NCBI GenBank assembly: GCA_050741935.1
Contig: JBOGFE010000644.1
Coordinates: forward strand, 1-39,644
Direction of reading: 5' to 3'
From: Acidimicrobiia bacterium
GTDB lineage: Bacteria; Actinomycetota; Acidimicrobiia; IMCC26256; BP-133
DNA length: 39,644 nucleotides
Shown: piece after piece, positions 8,233-14,624 of the stretch
Position numbering within the stretch: the first letter of the stretch is position 1
How the letters are laid out: the number at the start of each line of letters is the position of its first letter
Notes under the pieces: generated by a model
The model's input: the letters and a program-made list of their open reading frames with translations, nothing else
Database searches by the model: none
What the model was told of the DNA's origin: nothing
Made by a program: the position numbers and the translations under genes

Positions 8233-10002
8233 ATGTCGTCGACCGGTAGCCAGGGCTCCTACGACCTGGTGGTGGTGGGCGGGAACTCGGGTGGGCTGTC
8301 GGTGGCCATCGGCGCCCAGCGCGGCGGCCTCGGCCGCGTCCGGATCCTCGAGCCGTCGTCGGCCGTGGCCTACACGGAGCTGATCGGCGAGCACCAGCTC
8401 GACGTGGGGTTCGGCGAGAGCGTGGAGACCATCGACCTCGGCGGTGACGATCTCGAGATCGTCACCAACAAGGGCGCCTACCACGCCCGGGCCTGCGTGG
8501 TGGCCGACCGCACCAACGTCGGCGGCTCCGTCTGGACCCCGCCGATCGACGCCTCGCTCTCCGAGCGGATCCTGGTCGACCGCTTCTCGGGGCAGCTCGT
8601 CGACCAGGACATCCTCATCGTCGGTCGCACCGACCACGCCGTCGAGCTCACCGACAAGGCGGCCATGGCCGGCGCCCGGGTGGTGCTGGCGGCGGGGGGC
8701 ATGACGCCGAAGCGGCTCTCCCCCATCGGCCAGGCGGTGCTGCGCCGGTTGGAGCGGGAACGGCTGGCCACGATCCTGTTCCGGGCGGTGCCGGCCCGGA
8801 TCACCGAGGACGTGGGCCTCCCCTTCGCCCACTTCGCCGACCGGCGGACCCCCGACCTCGAGTTCGACAAGGTCGTCTTCGCCTCGGGCCGCACCCCGGT
8901 GACCCCGGCCGACGTCGGGCTGACCGGAGCGGCGGCCGGGTCGGAACGGGTCTGGTTCCTCGGCCTCCACCCCGGGGACGAGGAGGGGGCGCCGGTGCTC
9001 ACCTCCGCCACCGTCCTGCCCGAGCTGGCCCGGGTCTTCCCGGAGTTCCAGGCACCCTCACCCACATCGGCCCGGGACGAAGAGGGCCGCGGCTTCGCCG
9101 CCGTCATCGAGGAGCTCCGCAAGGAGCACTACAACGCCACCATCACCTACTTCGAGCCGACGCACTCCGACCTGTGGGTGCTCGGCGTCCGGCCCGACCA
9201 CGGGGACGTCCACCACCTCCCGGGCCAGTACGCCTCCCTCGGCCTCGGCCACTGGGAGGACCGGATCGACGAGGCCGAGGACCCCGGGCTCAACGAGCGG
9301 TGGGACAAGCTGATCCGCCGCTCGTACTCGATCTCCCACCGCATCTTCGACGAGCACGGCTACCTGGCCCAGGAGCGCGACACCACCGAGCTCGAGTTCT
9401 ACATCGTGCTGGTGCCACCGACCCCGGAGAACATCCCCGGGCTCACCCCCCGGCTCGCCCTCAAGCGACCGGGCGACCGGATCTACCTCGGTCCCAAGGT
9501 CGCCGGCCGCTACACCCTGACGCCGGTGAGCGACCCCAAAGGCACCGTGGTGCTCTTCGCCACCGGCACCGGTGAGGCGCCCCACAACGCCATGGTGGTG
9601 GAGCTGCTCCGCAAGGGCCACATGGGCCCGATCGTCTCCGCCGTCACGGTCCGCAACCTGGCCGACCTCGGCTACCTCGAGAAGAACCGCGAGCTCGAGG
9701 CCCGCTACCCGAACTTCCACTACCTGCCGCTCCCCACCCGGGAGCCCGGCATCCCGAAGCGCTACATCCAGGACCTCATCGTCGAAGACGTCTTCGCCAG
9801 GGAGTACGGCGTCAAGCTCGACCCCGAGACAACCCATGTCTTCATGTGCGGCAACCCCGCCATGATCGGCCTCCCCACCGATGAGGACGGCGGGCTCACC
9901 TACCCGACGCCCACCGGCGTCACCGAGATCCTCACCGAACGGGGTTTCAGACTCGACTACCGCAACCAGCGCGGCAATCTCCACTACGAGGAGTACTGGT
10001 AG
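8233..10002 (+). CDS. Fusion protein: N-terminal FAD/NAD(P)-binding (TrxB/YpdA-like) domain + C-terminal bacterial-type ferredoxin/flavodoxin-NADP+ reductase
   Basis: N-terminal dinucleotide motif DLVVVGGNSGG. The C-terminal half carries the FNR signatures RRSYSISH (RxYS), LFATGTGEAPHNAM and FMCGNPAMI, and ends ...HYEEYW. Confidence 0.85.
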   Translation: MSSTGSQGSYDLVVVGGNSGGLSVAIGAQRGGLGRVRILEPSSAVAYTELIGEHQLDVGFGESVETIDLGGDDLEIVTNKGAYHARACVVADRTNVGGSVWTPPIDASLSERILVDRFSGQLVDQDILIVGRTDHAVELTDKAAMAGARVVLAAGGMTPKRLSPIGQAVLRRLERERLATILFRAVPARITEDVGLPFAHFADRRTPDLEFDKVVFASGRTPVTPADVGLTGAAAGSERVWFLGLHPGDEEGAPVLTSATVLPELARVFPEFQAPSPTSARDEEGRGFAAVIEELRKEHYNATITYFEPTHSDLWVLGVRPDHGDVHHLPGQYASLGLGHWEDRIDEAEDPGLNERWDKLIRRSYSISHRIFDEHGYLAQERDTTELEFYIVLVPPTPENIPGLTPRLALKRPGDRIYLGPKVAGRYTLTPVSDPKGTVVLFATGTGEAPHNAMVVELLRKGHMGPIVSAVTVRNLADLGYLEKNRELEARYPNFHYLPLPTREPGIPKRYIQDLIVEDVFAREYGVKLDPETTHVFMCGNPAMIGLPTDEDGGLTYPTPTGVTEILTERGFRLDYRNQRGNLHYEEYW

Positions 10003-10085
10003 ATCCCGGCTGGTTGCGCAGTTCAGTGGTTATCAACGGCACCCCTGCGCGAGAACGGCGCACCAGCAGGATATATCGGTACAGG

Positions 10086-10091
10086 TATACT
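10086..10091 (+). promoter_or_regulatory. Candidate -10 hexamer TATACT placed 7 nt upstream of the GTG start at 10099 (leaderless-mRNA geometry)
   Basis: It fits the TANNNT pattern. No Shine-Dalgarno lies between it and the start codon. The paralogous cassette has the same geometry at 29339-29351. Confidence 0.35.
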
Positions 10092-10098
10092 CAACCAT

Positions 10099-10431
10099 GT
10101 GGCGACCGAGAACTACTCACGACACCTGATCCGGATCGCCCGCCGACGCGCCGGACTGACGCAAGAGGCCCTCGCCCGGCGGGCCGCCACCAGCCAGGCC
10201 GCCATCTCGGCCTACGAATCTGGGCGTCGCTCCCCCTCGGTCGCCACCCTCACCCGCATCCTCGAAGCCGCCGGCTTCGAACTCCGGATGCGACTCAGCG
10301 AACCGGACACCCACGACACCACCCGGCGCGTCGCCGAACGACTGCTGCCACCTGACCAACTCGACGCCTTCACCAGAGCCGAGCAGCAACGCACCAGGCG
10401 GGCCCGACGTTCCAAAGCCGTCGGTGCCTGA
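10099..10431 (+). CDS. XRE-family helix-turn-helix protein (putative antitoxin/regulator of the downstream NTase)
   Basis: LIRIARRRAGLTQEALARRAATSQAAISAYESGRRSPSVATLTRILEAAGFEL is a classic HTH_XRE pattern. GTG start. The gene overlaps the next gene by 8 nt. Confidence 0.85.
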   Translation: MATENYSRHLIRIARRRAGLTQEALARRAATSQAAISAYESGRRSPSVATLTRILEAAGFELRMRLSEPDTHDTTRRVAERLLPPDQLDAFTRAEQQRTRRARRSKAVGA

Positions 10432-10918
10432 TCTCGACATCCCCGCCGTCGTCCGCACCCTCAACGCCCACGGGGTCCGCTACGTCGTCATCGGCGGCGT
10501 CGCCGCCCTCGTGCACAACCTCCCGGTCCCGGCCACCGTCGACATCGACATCACTCCCTCCCGAGACACGCAGAATCTCGAACGTCTCGCCGACGCCTTC
10601 GACACCCTCGAAGCGGGGCTGCTGACCGCCGAGGAGCCGGGAACGTGGTTTCCCCGGCACCCGGTCGAGAACTGGGCCCGGTACGACACTCTCCACCTCA
10701 TGACCAGGCACGGCCCCGTCGACATCGTCTTCGCCCCCGACGGCGCTCCCCGAGGCTTCGACGACCTCCAAACCTCGGCCGACGAGCACCCCGTCCAAGC
10801 CGACGACGCTCCTGCGCTCGTCATCTCGGTGACCACCTGGGAGCGACTCAAACAGGCATCCGGCCGCGCCAAGGATCTCGAACACCTCGACCGCTTCTAC
10901 GAAGGGTCCGAGCAGTGA
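10424..10918 (+). CDS. Minimal Pol-beta-superfamily nucleotidyltransferase-like protein (putative toxin/effector partner of the HTH)
   Basis: VVIGGVAALVHNLPVPATVDIDITPS fits the hG[GS]-x9-13-Dh[DE]h NTase motif. The C-terminal part carries a GRxKDL motif. It is a paralogue of 29689..30231. Confidence 0.7.
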   Translation: MPDLDIPAVVRTLNAHGVRYVVIGGVAALVHNLPVPATVDIDITPSRDTQNLERLADAFDTLEAGLLTAEEPGTWFPRHPVENWARYDTLHLMTRHGPVDIVFAPDGAPRGFDDLQTSADEHPVQADDAPALVISVTTWERLKQASGRAKDLEHLDRFYEGSEQ

Positions 10919-11101
10919 ATGGGGGTCCTCGACGAGTCCTCAGAAGGCCGAGGATCGCCGAGAAACGTTGAGGCGGGTCAGGCCACGAGGTGCGCCGGGC
11001 GCCGGCCGTTCGGATTGGTGCCGATCACGCCGCCGCTCACCATCAGGCCTCGGCGATCTCGGCTGGTTCCCAGCGGCTCTCCAGCAGGCCGGCAAAGTCA
11101 A

Positions 11102-11133
11102 GGGGCGGGGCCCGCTCGCGCCGGCCCCGCCCC
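11102..11133. terminator. GC-rich hairpin between convergent genes (possible bidirectional terminator)
   Basis: GGGGCGGGGCC (11102-11112) pairs perfectly with GGCCCCGCCCC (11123-11133), with a 10-nt loop. It lies between the stop at 10918 (+) and the stop at 11151 (-). There is no clean U-tract. Confidence 0.5.
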
Positions 11134-11150
11134 GGAAATCGTTGCCGTGA

Positions 11151-11639
11151 CTAGAAGCCGAGGCCCAGCAGTCCGCCCGAGCCGCCGCCCGTCACACCAC
11201 CGAGAATCCCCGTCACCGGAGCCAACAGACCGCCCGACCCGCCGCCCGTCACCCCACCGAGCAGGCCGGTCACCGGAGCGAGCAGATCACCCGAGCCGCC
11301 GCCCGTCACACCACCGAGCAGGCCCGTCACCGGAGCCAGCAGATCACCCGACCCACCGCCCGCAACACCACCGACGATTCCCGTCACCGGAGCCAGCAGA
11401 TCACCCGAGCCCCCGCCCGCAACACCACCGAGAATCCCCGTGACCGGAGCCAGCAGATCACCCGACCCGCCACCGGTGAGGCCGCCCAGGAGGTCGCCGG
11501 ACTCGGCCGGGGTGGAGGTCGGTGCGGGCGCCGTGGAAGTGGACCTGGCCGCCAGGGCCGGGACGGCCAGCGCCGCCCCGCAGAGAAGACCGACGACGGG
11601 AACAGCCATCAAGAGGGCTTGCTTCTGGATCTTTTGCAC
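11151..11639 (-). CDS. Small secreted Gly/Leu-rich protein built from tandem 20-aa repeats (GGGSGDLLAPVTGxLGGVxG)
   Basis: GTG start at 11639 follows GGAGGAG. The signal peptide is MQKIQKQALLMAVPVVGLLCGAALAVPALAA. Then come about 5 full repeats plus partial repeats, ending GGLLGLGF. Confidence 0.8.
   Translation of the reverse strand: MQKIQKQALLMAVPVVGLLCGAALAVPALAARSTSTAPAPTSTPAESGDLLGGLTGGGSGDLLAPVTGILGGVAGGGSGDLLAPVTGIVGGVAGGGSGDLLAPVTGLLGGVTGGGSGDLLAPVTGLLGGVTGGGSGGLLAPVTGILGGVTGGGSGGLLGLGF
11154..11504 (-). repeat. Tandem 60-nt coding repeat, about 5.5 copies
   Basis: The string gtcaccggagc(c/g)a(g/a)cag recurs about every 60 nt. The repeat is in frame with the secreted-protein gene. 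Confidence 0.85.
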
Positions 11640-11933
11640 GTTGCTCCTCCGCTACAGATCTCGAGAGCCTGTTGCTCTGCCGCAGGTGTCGGGTCGCGGG
11701 GGGAGGGGGTTGAGCAGCCCTGGACAAACTTGGGCTCGAACGCCAGCCTTCGGGCCCGGATGACTAGTTCCGTCGGACTGGAGCTTCCTGACCAGGCAAC
11801 GCCCTTATCGGTGCGGGGCGCATCGTGCGAACCGTCCGGAAGGGAGCACAAGGCGCCGAGAGGATTGGGCGTGCGCGTCGGGAGGCCCCCGAACGGGCCA
11901 GTCAGAGCCTCCACCCGGCACTAGTGCGCCCCG

Positions 11934-11959
11934 TCGCCCGCCAAGTCCGGGGCGGGCGA
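11934..11959 (-). terminator. Hairpin immediately downstream of the CHAP gene stop
   Basis: TCGCCCGCC (11934-11942) pairs with GGCGGGCGA (11951-11959), with an 8-nt loop. There is no U-tract. Confidence 0.3.
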
Positions 11960-11971
11960 TGGGACTCGCGG

Positions 11972-12862
11972 TCAGCCGCCGAAGTCGTAGTGGTCGTAGC
12001 GGGTGTCGTCGCCGGAGGGATCGAAGGTGATGACCCGGTAGGAGGCGGGGCCGGTGCGGACCACGCCGATGGCGTAGCGGGAGCCGCGCACCTCGGGCGG
12101 AAGGGTGTTGAACCCGCCGCGGTACTCGGCGTCGCCGAAGGCGTACACGCCCCCGTCCTGGGCGACGAGCCAGTAGCCCTGGCCGGATTCCGTCCACGCC
12201 CCGCCGACCATGTTGCCGCCCAACTTGATGCTCGGGTCCTGCGGGATCGAGCCCTTGAAGGGTGCGATCCCATCGGGATCGGCGAAGGCACCGCCGTCGC
12301 CCTGCACGACGATGTATCCACCCTGCGTCCGAGGAACCACCGTGGCCATCTCCGCCTCCTGGTCAGGAATGATCGTCCCGTGCCCGAGCACCGGGGCCTG
12401 GTCGTCGAATGCCGGCCGGCCGAACCCCACGATCCACTTCCGGGGCCGGACCTTCTCGTAGACGCCGCCGCCGTTGTCCTGCGACCCGTCGTTGGTAGCG
12501 GACGTGTTCCCTTCGATCGAATGGATCCGGTCGCCGTCGACCCCCGTCACCACCAGCACATGCTGGATGCGCGTCTTGTTGTCGTTGGGGAAGTCGACGA
12601 ACCCGATGTCGCCGGGCTGCGGGTCGTGCACCCACCGACAGGCCCGCCGGAAACCGTCGGCCATGGTGGGTGTATACGCCGACCTGGAGGGCAGCTCGAG
12701 CCCGGCGTCCCGGGCGCAGGCCACGATGAAGGTTGCGCACCACGGCCCCCCGTTGGCATGCCCGGCCCCGGCTGCGAACGGGTTCTTGTTCGAGCCGGGG
12801 GGCCACTCGGTGACCCCGATGTGCTTGCGCAGGCAATCCAGGAACTGCTCCACCGATGCCAT
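11972..12862 (-). CDS. CHAP-domain amidase/peptidase (cell-wall-hydrolase-like) with a C-terminal GGxxxFGDA-type repeat domain; no signal peptide
   Basis: The N-terminus MASVEQFLDCLRKHIGVTEWPPGSNKNPF...GGPWCATFIVACARDAG ... IQHVLVVTG...IHSIEGNTS shows the CHAP Cys/His pattern. The C-terminal part has GGYIVVQGDGGAFADPDG and GYWLVAQDGGVYAFGDAEY repeats. Confidence 0.8.
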   Translation of the reverse strand: MASVEQFLDCLRKHIGVTEWPPGSNKNPFAAGAGHANGGPWCATFIVACARDAGLELPSRSAYTPTMADGFRRACRWVHDPQPGDIGFVDFPNDNKTRIQHVLVVTGVDGDRIHSIEGNTSATNDGSQDNGGGVYEKVRPRKWIVGFGRPAFDDQAPVLGHGTIIPDQEAEMATVVPRTQGGYIVVQGDGGAFADPDGIAPFKGSIPQDPSIKLGGNMVGGAWTESGQGYWLVAQDGGVYAFGDAEYRGGFNTLPPEVRGSRYAIGVVRTGPASYRVITFDPSGDDTRYDHYDFGG

Positions 12863-12930
12863 TCGCCCGTCCTCTCTTGACGGGGCGTACCACCGGAGCC
12901 GCCGTCGGGAAGGACACTACCCACGGCGGC
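12863..12930 (-). promoter_or_regulatory. Structured 5' leader of the CHAP gene (two hairpins, one enclosing the RBS)
   Basis: Hairpin A spans 12898-12930: GCCGCCGT / ACGGCGGC, an 8-bp stem. Hairpin B spans 12863-12888: CGCCCGTC / GACGGGGCG with one bulge. The SD (reverse complement of cctctc, 12871-12876) sits in its loop. Function unknown. Confidence 0.25.
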
Positions 12931-12999
12931 GAGACGCGTCAGGTGCTCGTTCCATCCGGAAGCCAACGTCAACGTAAGGGTCCATTGACTGGCCCGATC

Positions 13000-13017
13000 T
13001 GAGTGGTGCACCACTCA
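13000..13017. promoter_or_regulatory. Perfect 18-bp palindrome TGAGTGGTGCACCACTCA followed by TGAC (candidate operator, copy 1)
   Basis: Read directly from the sequence. It lies in the divergent CHAP/cluster intergenic region, 65 nt upstream of small ORF 13082. A near-identical element (TGAGTGGTCGGCCACTCA+TGAC) is at 18497-18518. Confidence 0.45.
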
Positions 13018-13081
13018 TGACAGCAGGGGCGTCGTACCTCAGGATCACCCCGTCTACAGGGGAAGGGAGGTGTCGACACCA

Positions 13082-13162
13082 ATGAGTTACACCGCGAAAT
13101 GGAAGGCCGCGCGCCAGGCGCGCCAGCAGCGCGCCGCACTGGCGCACACCGCCAAGTGGTGA
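13082..13162 (+). CDS. Unannotated 26-aa small ORF MSYTAKWKAARQARQQRAALAHTAKW (candidate peptide gene heading module 1)
   Basis: ATG at 13082 is preceded by GGAAGGGAGGTG (13061-13072) and the TGA stop is at 13160-13162. It is too short for the ORF track. Whether it is really coding cannot be proven from sequence alone. Confidence 0.35.
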   Translation: MSYTAKWKAARQARQQRAALAHTAKW

Positions 13163-13182
13163 TCCCACACCGATGACCGTTC

Positions 13183-13217
13183 GAGAGGGTCCGGGTGGGG
13201 TCCACTCGGGCCCTCTC
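13183..13217 (+). promoter_or_regulatory. Strong stem-loop between the small ORF and the first large gene (possible attenuator, stabiliser or processing site)
   Basis: GAGAGGGTCC (13183-13192) pairs with GGGCCCTCTC (13208-13217): 10 bp with one G-U pair. The loop can form a further GTGG/CCAC helix. Confidence 0.35.
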
Positions 13218-13238
13218 ACCGGAGAAAACAAGGTGATC

Positions 13239-14624
13239 ATGGCTTCTTGGGGTGGCTTGCTCGCCCAGGTGATGGCCGACGCGGAGACATCTGATGCAGG
13301 CCGCCTGGCCTCGGGCGTCAGGGCATTGCGAGCGGCCGTCGCCCAGGCTCCCGGCAACGACATCGACGAACTGGCCGGCGTCGCCGCCATGCACGAGTTG
13401 CCGTGGGTGCGGATCGCCGTGCTGCAGGCCCTCGTGCAACGGGCCCCCGACCACGACGACGTGCGCCGGGCCACGGCCTGGCTGACGCACGACTACGAGG
13501 ACTTCGTGGCCTTCGCCGCCATCGACCTGGCCGGGCGTCTCGGGCTGCGAGAGGTCCTGGCCGACCTCCTCGTGATCGTCGGGCGCGCCAGTGAGCGCAT
13601 GCGCACCGTGGCCGGGAAGCCGGTCGGGATCGGACACGCGCTGGTGCTCCGGACCATCGCCGCCCTGGCGGGGAGCTCACACCCCGAAGACCTCGCCCGC
13701 CTGGAGCAGGACCTGTTCAGCGCCGGATTCGACGACACGGTGTTTCCGCCTCAGCCCGGGCGGGACGCCTTCGATGCCGGTGACCACACGCACGGCGGGA
13801 TGGTCTCCGTCACCGGAGGGCGGGTCCGGGGTGGGCCACCACCCGCCTTCGACCCCGACACGCTGCTCTTCGACTGGAACGACCCGGAGGTGCCTGCTCC
13901 CTGCGGGGACTTCTGGATCGACGTCGTCCCGGTCAGCAACGCCGAATACGACCGCTTCACCCGCAGCGCCGCTGCCCGGGACCACCGCTTCTGCCACCCG
14001 GCCGAGCCCGAGGGCAAGCTGCACGTGCGCAACACGCTGCTCGACGCCTCCGCCGGAGCCGAGCACCCGGTGACGGGCGTCGACTGGTTCGACGCCTATG
14101 CCTACGCCCGGGCCCGGGGCAAGCGCCTCCCCTCCGAGACCGAGTGGCAACGGGCGGGCCAGGGCGACGACGAGCGGGCCTACCCCTGGGGAGATGTCTT
14201 CGACGGCTCCCGCACGCACTGCCGCCCGGCCCCGGAGCGGGCCGGCTGGGACGGGGTTGCGGCGTGGCGCGACGACCTGCTGGCGCTGGCCGACAGGCTG
14301 CCGGCGGTGACGACCCGGGCCCGGGGGATCCCGGGTGGCGAAAGCCCCTACGGCGTCCGGGACCTGTCGGGCAATGTCTGGGAGTGGACGGCCTCCTCAT
14401 TCGAGGGGCCGGCCTTCAGCCCCGTCGATACCGGCCGGGACGCCATCGACGTCATCTACGACGAGCGTTCCTACGCCGTCATCAAAGGGGGCACCTGGAC
14501 GTCGCTGCCCGAGCAGGTCTCCGTCGCCTTCCGGGGCCGCGACCTCGCCCTCGATCGCCACTTCGAGATCGGCTTCCGCGCCGCCTGCAGCTGTCCACTC
14601 GACCAGGACGGCGCGCAACCGTGA
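13239..14624 (+). CDS. HEAT-like repeat N-domain + SUMF1/FGE-sulfatase (EgtB/PvdO-type) domain protein
   Basis: The C-terminal half reads HPVTGVDWFDAYAYARARGKRLPSETEWQRAG...YPWGD...SPYGVRDLSGNVWEWTASSF...IKGGTW...FRGRD...IGFRAA. I chose the start at ATG 13239 (upstream GGAGAAAACAAGGTG). The alternative ATG at 13173 lacks an SD and would place the hairpin inside the coding region. Confidence 0.8.
   Translation: MASWGGLLAQVMADAETSDAGRLASGVRALRAAVAQAPGNDIDELAGVAAMHELPWVRIAVLQALVQRAPDHDDVRRATAWLTHDYEDFVAFAAIDLAGRLGLREVLADLLVIVGRASERMRTVAGKPVGIGHALVLRTIAALAGSSHPEDLARLEQDLFSAGFDDTVFPPQPGRDAFDAGDHTHGGMVSVTGGRVRGGPPPAFDPDTLLFDWNDPEVPAPCGDFWIDVVPVSNAEYDRFTRSAAARDHRFCHPAEPEGKLHVRNTLLDASAGAEHPVTGVDWFDAYAYARARGKRLPSETEWQRAGQGDDERAYPWGDVFDGSRTHCRPAPERAGWDGVAAWRDDLLALADRLPAVTTRARGIPGGESPYGVRDLSGNVWEWTASSFEGPAFSPVDTGRDAIDVIYDERSYAVIKGGTWTSLPEQVSVAFRGRDLALDRHFEIGFRAACSCPLDQDGAQP

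Noticed and set aside
6856-8970. 704-aa ORF on the - strand across the Vgb-like and FNR-fusion genes (also 6873..8090, 7242..8249)
   Set aside because: Its repetitive R/G/P/D content mirrors the sense-strand repeats. The sense frames carry signal peptides and clear domain motifs.
10919-11443. 174-aa + strand ORF with repeated PSRRPSHHR/SPEPADHP units
   Set aside because: It is the antisense reading of the 60-nt repeat. It has no SD or signal peptide and starts inside the convergent terminator region. The - strand gene has an SD, a GTG start and a clean signal peptide. The strand choice should still be confirmed experimentally.
11154-11504. Regular 60-nt tandem repeat; considered as a possible CRISPR array or minisatellite
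   Set aside because: There are no unique spacers between the repeats. The array is in frame with a signal-peptide-bearing ORF that has an SD, so it is a coding repeat. The same reasoning applies to the 126-132-nt repeats at 7210-8110.
12985-12990. TTGACT hexamer upstream of palindrome copy 1, considered as a -35 box
   Set aside because: No acceptable TANNNT -10 lies at 16-19 nt spacing, and no equivalent arrangement exists at copy 2. No promoter is called.
13173-13238. Alternative ATG start (13173) for the FGE-domain gene
   Set aside because: It has no SD and would place the strong 13183-13217 hairpin inside the first codons. ATG 13239 has an upstream purine-rich RBS. This alternative is not fully excluded.
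14144-14620. Upstream extension of the SBP5-like ORF, and similar extensions at 25705..26652, 20742..21338, 21536..22069 and 24260..25546
   Set aside because: All are R/P/G-rich and overlap the 3' ends of well-supported upstream genes in another frame. Start codons forming 4-nt overlaps (GTGA/ATGA) give proteins that begin at the expected family N-termini.
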